Below are positions 56,936 to 64,000 of a stretch of DNA of 64,000 nt, one piece after another; the stretch's first letter is position 1, and each line of letters begins with the position of its first letter. The stretch comes from a virus: IMG/VR virus record IMGVR_UViG_3300035696_000005, positions 1-64,000 of that record; one strand, given 5' to 3'. Both the position numbers and the translations under genes were made by a program. The notes under the pieces are model-generated. The model was not told the DNA's origin, ran no database searches, and saw nothing but the letters and a program-made list of their open reading frames with translations.

Positions 56936-57715
56936 ATGGAAAAGAACATTTTTGACGAAATTGAAAAAATGACGGACGCTGAGAAGCAAGCGCTTCTCAA
57001 CACCCAATTCCCGGAAGAGCTTGAGAAAGAAGCTGCTGCTGAACTCGATACTTCTCTTCTTGCTGACGCTCTTTACAGCTACGGCTGGCTTCAAGCTCAA
57101 CGCGCTCTTGCAGACGTTGATGGTCTCGACAAAGTCGCTGCCGATGACCTCAAGGCTCATGAGCAAGCTGAAGAAGAGGTTGCTGAACAGATTGAGGCTT
57201 GCCTTCAGTCCCTCGGCACTCACGTAAATGAAGACGATGCTGAACTTCATAAAGAAGCTCAGGTCTGCGCTGCTTTGATCTTTGACGGCTTCAGTGACTG
57301 CATTGAACAGGGCTGCATGGATAAGGAAGCTGCTTCGGCTATGGCTGCTAAAGCTGGCAAGATGGCTATGAAAGGTCTTCACAAAATGAAGGCTGCTGGC
57401 AAGAAAGTCGGCAAGAAAGCCCTTGGACTGGCCAAAAAGCATGGTGGTAAGGCTGCACTTTTTGGTGGCGGTGCTGCTGCTGCAAAACTCCATTCCGCTA
57501 TGAGCAAAGAGTCTGGCGCTCTTACTCCGGAACAACTTGTTGAGATTGCTTCTGATGTCGCTCTTGAAAAGCAAGCTACCATTACTGTCATTGAAGATGG
57601 CATCAATAAGCTTGCTGCTAAGGGGGCTCACAAAGGTAAGAAGCTCAAGGACATGATGAAGAGTTCTAAGTCGAGCGCTTCGTCTGCTTCGTCTAAGTCG
57701 AGCAAGTCGAGCTAA
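56936..57715 (+). CDS. Scaffold-like protein
   Basis: EKEAA, DKVAA, HKEAQ, DKEAA; S/K low-complexity tail. Confidence 0.6.
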   Translation: MEKNIFDEIEKMTDAEKQALLNTQFPEELEKEAAAELDTSLLADALYSYGWLQAQRALADVDGLDKVAADDLKAHEQAEEEVAEQIEACLQSLGTHVNEDDAELHKEAQVCAALIFDGFSDCIEQGCMDKEAASAMAAKAGKMAMKGLHKMKAAGKKVGKKALGLAKKHGGKAALFGGGAAAAKLHSAMSKESGALTPEQLVEIASDVALEKQATITVIEDGINKLAAKGAHKGKKLKDMMKSSKSSASSASSKSSKSS

Positions 57716-57728
57716 GGAGTAATCAACT

Positions 57729-58211
57729 GTGCGTGTGAAGCCTCTACAAGAATTGCTGGATCAGGCAGATGCTCTCTGCAAAGGTACAGCCTTGTCTAAA
57801 GTAGCTTCCGCTCAAGAGTCTGAGGTTTCAGCTCTAGCGAATTTACTCGTTGGAGCTGAAACCGATGTCAAAGTTGATTACGATCCAGAAGCTTTTAAGC
57901 AGACTGAGATCGATAAGATTGCGGAGAGTTTAAACCGCGTTCAGACTGCATCTGAAATCGACGTGGTGCTGAAGTTGGCTGATTTTGAGAAGAAAGCCCA
58001 GGCAGAGGGATACACTCAAGAGCAGATCAATGAAGCCTTCTCGAAGATTGCTGCAGAGAAGATCGCTAAAAACATTCCGCTTTTGGCTGCAATGGGATTC
58101 GTTGGTTTCACGGGTGAGGATAAAAACTCTCCCACCAAGAAACCCGATAAGAAGAAGTCGCAGCGTCAGCTTCTCGGTCGTCTGGATCTTACAAAGAGCA
58201 TGGGGTATTAA
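57729..58211 (+). CDS. Scaffold-like protein
   Basis: SKVAS, DKIAE, SKIAA. Confidence 0.55.
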   Translation: MRVKPLQELLDQADALCKGTALSKVASAQESEVSALANLLVGAETDVKVDYDPEAFKQTEIDKIAESLNRVQTASEIDVVLKLADFEKKAQAEGYTQEQINEAFSKIAAEKIAKNIPLLAAMGFVGFTGEDKNSPTKKPDKKKSQRQLLGRLDLTKSMGY

Positions 58212-58213
58212 GC

Positions 58214-58570
58214 ATGGAAACAAAAGTGATCAGCCCCGCACAAATTAAGCTAGCTGGTGAGATGCTCAAGAAAGAGCACTCTGAGAGACTCAGACTTGAG
58301 AAAGTCGCTGCGGATTTCGAAAAGAAAGCCAAGGCAGAGAAGCTGGCATTTAGGGAAGTTGAACTAGGTATTACCGAACCCTATAAGAATTTCGATGAGT
58401 TCCAAAAGAAGGTTGCTTCTCTTTTGGATGACGACCTCGAAGTTTTGGAAAAGGCTCTTGATCGGGGCTATGGGTCTTCCCGACGTGTGGGCGAGCTCGC
58501 AGATGCGGGTGGAAAAGTAAACAATCCCTTCGAACACTTTGTTCGTACGGGTGAACTTGTAACTGAGTAA
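58214..58570 (+). CDS. Scaffold-like coiled-coil protein
   Basis: EKVAA; C-terminal NPFEHFV typical of a capsid-binding tail. Confidence 0.55.
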   Translation: METKVISPAQIKLAGEMLKKEHSERLRLEKVAADFEKKAKAEKLAFREVELGITEPYKNFDEFQKKVASLLDDDLEVLEKALDRGYGSSRRVGELADAGGKVNNPFEHFVRTGELVTE

Positions 58571-58581
58571 GGAGAGAAATC

Positions 58582-59052
58582 ATGGCACTACCAGAAATTG
58601 TTGCACCGATTAGTGTAGATCTAAGACAGTCGGACAACCGAATTGATATTATCAAGGGCATCGAGCACCTTAAGGTGAAGGACGAGGTTATGTCTACCGC
58701 AGTTTCGAGCGGTGGAACGACTGCTGGCGACTGGCTCGTTAAGCAGGCTGGCGGACTCGCTTATCCTACTAGCACTGCTGTTCCTAACACGTTCCCTGTG
58801 TGGGTTGGCAATGACCAGTATGATGCTCAAGCAACCGGCAATGCCACCATTCTTCTTGGCGGCGGTTTCGTTTACCGCACCATTAAGTACGTCACCGGAT
58901 CTTACGTTGAAGGCCAAAACCTCACCGTTAAGAATCTTGGATCGGGTGAAAAAGTTCCGTCGGCGGCTGGCGGATCTGATCCGATTCTGGCTCGTGTTTA
59001 TACGGCTCCTGACTCCACTGGGGTCATGGAAATTTTGGTACTCGACCGCTAA
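58582..59052 (+). CDS. Head decoration/cement protein, putative
   Basis: 156 aa, beta-rich, immediately upstream of the major capsid gene. Confidence 0.55.
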   Translation: MALPEIVAPISVDLRQSDNRIDIIKGIEHLKVKDEVMSTAVSSGGTTAGDWLVKQAGGLAYPTSTAVPNTFPVWVGNDQYDAQATGNATILLGGGFVYRTIKYVTGSYVEGQNLTVKNLGSGEKVPSAAGGSDPILARVYTAPDSTGVMEILVLDR

Positions 59053-59099
59053 TTGCGGCTGAGTATGTGAGTTAGCTAACCCAAGGAGGAGGAAGCTAC

Positions 59100-60068
59100 A
59101 TGTCATTTAGTGAAGAGGCAGTCACATTTAATAACCTGTTTGTCGAGAGAATGGACACTCAAGATGGACAGGTTAAGACGGCTCAGGCAGGTCAAGCTTA
59201 TGTCCGGTCGTTCTTGCGTGAACACTCGTTCAGCCGCAAGATTCTACCGCCAGAAAGCGTTACCCGCGCTGATCTAACCCGTTCTACGCGCCACGATACT
59301 CTCATCAAGATCGTGGACTTTGAACATCCTTCCACTGCTGCTGCGGTTAACTTCCGCTCGGCTGGTCGTGAGCGTTACTTGCAGGGAACTCGCTATGCGG
59401 TTCCGTTCTTTAAGGTTGAGAGCGATCTCTTCGTTAAGAACGAAGCTGAATTGCTAGCCTACGAGTATCCAATCACGAAGGTGATCGAAGAGAACTCAAT
59501 CAAGGACATCATGTTTGTCGAGGACTCGACCTTTATTTCGGCTTCTGCTGGCGCTGTCAGCACGTCGGGTAAGTTCATTGCCTCTTCGGATACGTCGGTC
59601 TCTCGCACGAACTTGAACAAGCTGTTCAAGATGCTCGACAATGATAAGCTCCAGTCGATGGTTGTTCTGATGACCAACGTCGACTTCGACGACTGGCACG
59701 TTCAGCCTGCGACTGACGTCGGTTCTCCGTTGGCTACTGAGCTCACGATTAACGGCTACAAGTATGAGACAATCATGCGTCGCCGTGTGATCGTTACCAA
59801 TAAAGTGGATTTGCTCGCTCCGGGCTCCATTTATTGCTACACCGATCCTCAGTTCCTCGGAAACTTCTTCATCCTGAACGACGTCAAGTTCTGGATTAAG
59901 AAGGAAGCCGATAAGGTCTTCTGGAAGACCTGGGAATATGTTGGCGTGGGCATCGCTAACCTTCGCTCGATCGCTCAGATTACTCTGAACGTTCCTGCAA
60001 TCCCTGGCCCAGGCTACTCTGGAACCTTTGGTCCGAACTTGTTCGCACCTGGTTATCCGGTCGCCTAA
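59100..60068 (+). CDS. Major capsid protein (HK97 fold)
   Basis: 322 aa; FSRKILPP...; strong GGAGG RBS; biased codons; followed by a terminator. Confidence 0.8.
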   Translation: MSFSEEAVTFNNLFVERMDTQDGQVKTAQAGQAYVRSFLREHSFSRKILPPESVTRADLTRSTRHDTLIKIVDFEHPSTAAAVNFRSAGRERYLQGTRYAVPFFKVESDLFVKNEAELLAYEYPITKVIEENSIKDIMFVEDSTFISASAGAVSTSGKFIASSDTSVSRTNLNKLFKMLDNDKLQSMVVLMTNVDFDDWHVQPATDVGSPLATELTINGYKYETIMRRRVIVTNKVDLLAPGSIYCYTDPQFLGNFFILNDVKFWIKKEADKVFWKTWEYVGVGIANLRSIAQITLNVPAIPGPGYSGTFGPNLFAPGYPVA

Positions 60069-60090
60069 GGATAGGCTGTTTAGCATTGAG

Positions 60091-60128
60091 AACCCCTGGG
60101 ATCTTCGGGTCCTGGGGGTTTTCTTTTG
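60091..60128 (+). terminator. Intrinsic terminator after the capsid gene
   Basis: AACCCCTGGGATC-TTCG-GGTCCTGGGGGTT followed by TTCTTTT. Confidence 0.85.
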
Positions 60129-60177
60129 TTGTTCACGTTAATTTATTGTGGTAACTTTTTCCTAGAAGGAGACACAA

Positions 60178-60747
60178 ATGTCGCAAAAGATTCGGATTTA
60201 TAACATCACCTCTTTTCTAAAATTCCCCGGTTTCGGTATCGATTTCGATGGGCACTACCTGGCACCCAATCCCGATAGACCCTTGATTGTCGAAGTCGCT
60301 GTTGTCCCACAGATCCTCGAAGATTGGCAGGCTAGACGCTGGATTAAGATTCAGGCAGCTGATGACAAAACCCCTGTCACCAAAGAAAGCGAAGCTGCTG
60401 TCACACCGGGTACCCAGGTAAACGAAGTTGCCAGTGTACAGGTTGACGCACTTAATGATGAGTTGGATGAAGATATCTTTAACTTCGATACAGCTAAAGA
60501 AGCCTCGCTTACAGCTGACTCCACTCCAGGTCCTGCTCCCATGCAAAGCATTCGTCAAATGCAGACCGAAGAAGAGCTTGTCAGGTCTCGTGTTAAGGTG
60601 AGCCTAGGCACTTCGGACAAGCCTGGAATGGCAGATTCCGTATCTCCTATCCCGGGAGATCGTCCACGATCTGTCGATAATTCCGAGGCTTTTACCGTGC
60701 GCGCCCCTCGCCACACTGGCCCCGGAGCCGTGGTCAAGAGTTCTTAA
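60178..60747 (+). CDS. Hypothetical protein
   Basis: AGGAG RBS. Confidence 0.65.
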   Translation: MSQKIRIYNITSFLKFPGFGIDFDGHYLAPNPDRPLIVEVAVVPQILEDWQARRWIKIQAADDKTPVTKESEAAVTPGTQVNEVASVQVDALNDELDEDIFNFDTAKEASLTADSTPGPAPMQSIRQMQTEEELVRSRVKVSLGTSDKPGMADSVSPIPGDRPRSVDNSEAFTVRAPRHTGPGAVVKSS

Positions 60748-60765
60748 AGCGTGTAAGATGGGGGT

Positions 60766-61236
60766 ATGCAGTTAACCACCATCGACAAGCACAGGCTCGA
60801 CAAAGCACGTGAATATCTCAGGTTATTCCTTATGGACACGGAGGAGCTTAATAGGCTCCTCCGTCGTAAGGAAATCGATGACAAAAGACTCGACCTAGCG
60901 ATCCAGCTCACAATCAGCGATTGGAATACAACCACCCCGCTGATTGCTAACGTAACAATCGGAAATTTTCCAAGCTTTTATCTTCTCATCCATGGTGCAG
61001 CTATCCAGTGTTTGAAGATGGCTGGGCTCTACCAGAGTCGCAACGAACTTACTTACAATTCAGGTGGTAGCTCTTTTATTCGCGCTAACAAAACTGCCTA
61101 CTATCAGTCTTGGATTCAGAACTTCGCTACTGAATATGAAACCAAGAAACTCAACATGAAGATTCAGCAAAACGTTCAAGGTGGTTACGGGGCTGGTTTT
61201 CACAGCGAGTACTCACTCATTGGATATGACTGGTGA
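60766..61236 (+). CDS. Head-tail adaptor/neck protein, putative
   Basis: Helical ORF after the capsid gene; LYQSRNELTYNSGG. Confidence 0.55.
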   Translation: MQLTTIDKHRLDKAREYLRLFLMDTEELNRLLRRKEIDDKRLDLAIQLTISDWNTTTPLIANVTIGNFPSFYLLIHGAAIQCLKMAGLYQSRNELTYNSGGSSFIRANKTAYYQSWIQNFATEYETKKLNMKIQQNVQGGYGAGFHSEYSLIGYDW

Positions 61237-61239
61237 TCC

Positions 61240-61443
61240 ATGTTTTGCGATGGCTTTAAGAAAGTTGCATTTCAGGCTCCCAAGGCAGCTTCTAAAAGCC
61301 GCTATAACGTGCCTAAACGCCTCTCTAAGCCGCTTGCTGTGCAGGTGACGGGCAAAGCCCTAAGCAAGAATCCTTTTGCGGCGGGGGCAGATGGACAAGC
61401 GGTTGGAGCCATGTACGGTGGCAATACGCATGCGGGGTGGTAA
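61240..61443 (+). CDS. Small GFxKxA-motif protein
   Basis: MFCDGFKKVA. Confidence 0.7.
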   Translation: MFCDGFKKVAFQAPKAASKSRYNVPKRLSKPLAVQVTGKALSKNPFAAGADGQAVGAMYGGNTHAGW

Positions 61444-61599
61444 ATGGGCTTTACCAAAGGCTTTGAAAAGATAGCTGGTAAAAAAGAGAAGGAAAAAGAG
61501 AAACCGAAAGTCGAAGTTAAAAAGACTAGTCCTATCCGCCTACCTTCCAAGTACTATACCGGCATTATGGTCGATACGAACGACCCTCAGGACGGATAA
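61444..61599 (+). CDS. Small GFxKxA-motif protein (absent from the ORF track)
   Basis: MGFTKGFEKIAGKKEKEKEK..., 51 aa. Confidence 0.7.
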   Translation: MGFTKGFEKIAGKKEKEKEKPKVEVKKTSPIRLPSKYYTGIMVDTNDPQDG

Positions 61600-62789
61600 T
61601 GAGCTTTACTTCCGGATTTTCCAAGCATGCTGAATCTCTTGCCCCGAAGACCCATTACGGGACAAGGAGTATTCATAAGCTTGATCCGGAACATCCTGGT
61701 GAGGCTTGGTCTGCGAAAATTGACGGAGCCCATACCATCATCAAGTTTAAAGCAGGCAAGCTTCCTGATCTCTTCTCTCACCGTCAATCTAAACGAACTG
61801 GCGGGAAGATTGATTACACCGCTAAGCTTCCCAATATCAAACGAAAGGTCAACTTCGATGGGCAATTCAGGGGAGAAACGTATGCTGTCGACCCTTCTGG
61901 CAAAGCAGTTGAGCCTGAAGTCGTTACTTCTATCCTTAATCGTGGTGTTGATAACTCTCTACGCTTTCAAAAAGAGCACAGGTTAAAAACAAGAGTTGCT
62001 CTGATTAACGTCGACAAGTATCTGGGGAAAAGCTTACACAACGCTACCTTCGAAGAAAAAAGAAACGTCATGGAGCAAGTGGCTAAAATGAACCCAGATT
62101 TCACTTTACCTGCTTTGGCAACAACACCCAAGGCAAAGCTTAAGCTTAAAGAGCATGTTCTCTCTGGTGAACACCCACAATCCAGAGAGGGACTGATCGT
62201 ACACAGACTGGGTGAGGCTGGCTCGCCTTTTGCGAAAGCAAAGATCTTCAAAGAACATGACGTTTATGTAAGAGACATCTTCAAAGAAGAGAGCACAACA
62301 GGACGTAAACCCATGGCTGGTGGCTTTTATTATTCCTGGACACCTGATGGAGAAATTAAAGGTCGTGTCGGCAGCGGGTTTGACCATGCTGAAAAAGAAG
62401 ACATGCTCAAAAATCCAAACCGCTATATTGGTCTTGTGGCTCGCGTTCAGGCCACCAACGTTTCTAAGAATAAAGTTCTCTTGAAGCCCTCTTTCAAACA
62501 CTGGCACGTTGAGAAGAATATTGGACTAGAGAAGGCAGCCACCATCTTCGCCAAGCAATCGATCATCATCGACAAGACCCATGAACCCGATCGAGATAAG
62601 GCCAAGGAAGTTGCTCGTGGTTTTGCTGACAAGATTTACACCTCTCGTGGCACTAAAACTCAGTGGCGTTTTAGGCAAAGACCCCCGGGATTGTTCATCC
62701 CCGGAAGCTTTAGACATGCTAAAATTAAACCAGGCGTTTCAATCATCTATGGACAAATTGATGAGAAAAGGAAACGTAAGACTTCGTAA
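61599..62789 (+). CDS. ATP-dependent DNA ligase with GFxKxA N-terminus and extra C-terminal domain
   Basis: WSAKIDG (motif I), RGE, EGLIV, KAK, OB-fold GRVGSGF; MSFTSGFSKHA start. Confidence 0.8.
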   Translation: MSFTSGFSKHAESLAPKTHYGTRSIHKLDPEHPGEAWSAKIDGAHTIIKFKAGKLPDLFSHRQSKRTGGKIDYTAKLPNIKRKVNFDGQFRGETYAVDPSGKAVEPEVVTSILNRGVDNSLRFQKEHRLKTRVALINVDKYLGKSLHNATFEEKRNVMEQVAKMNPDFTLPALATTPKAKLKLKEHVLSGEHPQSREGLIVHRLGEAGSPFAKAKIFKEHDVYVRDIFKEESTTGRKPMAGGFYYSWTPDGEIKGRVGSGFDHAEKEDMLKNPNRYIGLVARVQATNVSKNKVLLKPSFKHWHVEKNIGLEKAATIFAKQSIIIDKTHEPDRDKAKEVARGFADKIYTSRGTKTQWRFRQRPPGLFIPGSFRHAKIKPGVSIIYGQIDEKRKRKTS

Positions 62790-62867
62790 TTTCTGGTTTA
62801 ATTTGTGTTGCGCTTAGTCTAATTTCTTACTGTTAAAATAAGACATCCACCACAGCTTGGAGGTCTT

Positions 62868-63059
62868 ATGGCGACAAAACGAAAGCCGATCCTTAGAGAG
62901 TACATGCGGGACAGCTTCGAGGAGTTCGCTGAGATCCTCTGTGAAGAGATCTACCGTAAGAACCCTAAGCAGCATAAAATGGTGAAAGAGATCAAAGACG
63001 CAATGAAGCGCGTCATAGAAGAAGAGTTTGGAGAAGACCCCGGTGGGATCATTGATTGA
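62868..63059 (+). CDS. Hypothetical protein
   Basis: GGAGG RBS. Confidence 0.65.
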   Translation: MATKRKPILREYMRDSFEEFAEILCEEIYRKNPKQHKMVKEIKDAMKRVIEEEFGEDPGGIID

Positions 63060-64000
63060 TGACGTAAATGATTTAGAATTTCCCATCGATAAGAAGACGT
63101 TTCCGCTTAACTTCAAACTCATCGATGTTATCCCTCTTTCGAGAGATCCTGGTAAGGTTCTGATCCGTTGGGAGATTGAGCAGACTAATCTTAATCTAGC
63201 TGACTTTGAATTCTACATCGACCGTGGGGATACGCCTGACCAGATTCCAGCGTTCCAACACGTTACGATCGATGGAAAAATTTGGCGCGATCATCCGTCA
63301 ATAACAACACACTCTGTGAACATGTCTCAGATCGGCGGACCTATTAGTGCGCTCGATTTCTACGAGTTCACGGATTATGCGCTTCACATCAAGAATCTAT
63401 ATAAGACTTACTACTATCGTGTTCGCATCAGAAGGATCTCTACCCAAGAAGAACTTGGAAGTGCTCCGATTACTTGGAAGGGTGACCTGGACTTAGAAGC
63501 ACTTTACGTAATCGATGAACATAACTTCATGTTAGATGACACCACAGGAGTTCCTGCGCTCATCTACAAGAGGAGAAGGAGCGGGGTTCTTTGTACTCAG
63601 TGTTTTGATGTGATTCAAAAAAAGAGGCTCGCTTCTCGCTGTCTGTACTGTTTTGGAACCAACTGGGAAGGTGGCTTTTATCAGCCCATTGACGCCTTTG
63701 TAGACATGAGCCCTCACCCGAAACAGGAACTCATCAGAGAATGGGGTGAAACTCAGCCCACTGAGACAGATATTCTTTTTACCAATTATCCGCTTCTTAG
63801 CCCAGGCGATATCGTTCGAGAGATTATGCAGAATAGGATGTGGCGGGTAACCCGAATCAGACCCACAGAAAAACTTCGCGTTCCGATGCTTCAATTTCTT
63901 CGCCTGATTGAAATCAACCCAGGTGATATTGAGTATAAGATTCCGATCGATCAGCACTTCATTGAGACAAAGATCCGCCAGTTTGAAGAATACAAAAAAC
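63052..64000 (+). CDS. Neck/head-closure protein, putative (3' partial; absent from the ORF track)
   Basis: Open frame from TTG 63052 to the window end; KRRRSGVLCTQCFD...RCLYCFGTNWEGGF. Confidence 0.65.
   Translation, partial: MIDDVNDLEFPIDKKTFPLNFKLIDVIPLSRDPGKVLIRWEIEQTNLNLADFEFYIDRGDTPDQIPAFQHVTIDGKIWRDHPSITTHSVNMSQIGGPISALDFYEFTDYALHIKNLYKTYYYRVRIRRISTQEELGSAPITWKGDLDLEALYVIDEHNFMLDDTTGVPALIYKRRRSGVLCTQCFDVIQKKRLASRCLYCFGTNWEGGFYQPIDAFVDMSPHPKQELIREWGETQPTETDILFTNYPLLSPGDIVREIMQNRMWRVTRIRPTEKLRVPMLQFLRLIEINPGDIEYKIPIDQHFIETKIRQFEEYKK

Noticed and set aside
63532-63957. Minus-strand 141-aa ORF
   Set aside because: Antisense to the uninterrupted plus-strand neck-like frame 63052 to the window end.
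1-64000. CRISPR array, tRNA, rRNA or tmRNA genes
   Set aside because: No regularly spaced repeat-spacer units, cloverleaf with T-loop and CCA, or rRNA signatures were seen in the intergenic gaps.
1-64000. Stop-codon reassignment
   Set aside because: Long conserved genes (RNAP, TerL, PolA, capsid) are intact under the standard code, and TAA, TGA and TAG all end genes at sensible places.

Overview
This 64-kb window is part of a large tailed dsDNA phage genome (about 46% GC by eye, standard genetic code, no cellular housekeeping operons). Plus-strand blocks encode virion and morphogenesis genes: fibre-like proteins, portal, gpV/gp5-like spike, terminase large subunit, prohead protease, scaffold-like proteins, major capsid and neck proteins. 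They also encode a 2033-aa fused beta-beta' RNA polymerase, consistent with multisubunit-RNAP-encoding Caudovirales. Minus-strand islands carry small accessory genes, SSB, a family A DNA polymerase, a phosphatase, MazG-like and SLOG proteins. Four patterns stand out. (1) At least 14 otherwise dissimilar proteins, including an ATP-dependent DNA ligase, start with the same F-x-x-G-F-x-K-x-A peptide, and K-x-A recurs throughout the head proteins; this suggests a capsid-targeting tag plus protease cleavage system. (2) Three proteins of the fibre region carry classical Sec signal peptides. (3) Seven minus-strand units share a non-sigma70 promoter-like motif, AAA-N13-15-G-N-TATAAG. (4) A roughly 340-nt structured non-coding segment follows the RNAP operon. 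All functional calls rest on motifs read by eye; no searches were run.
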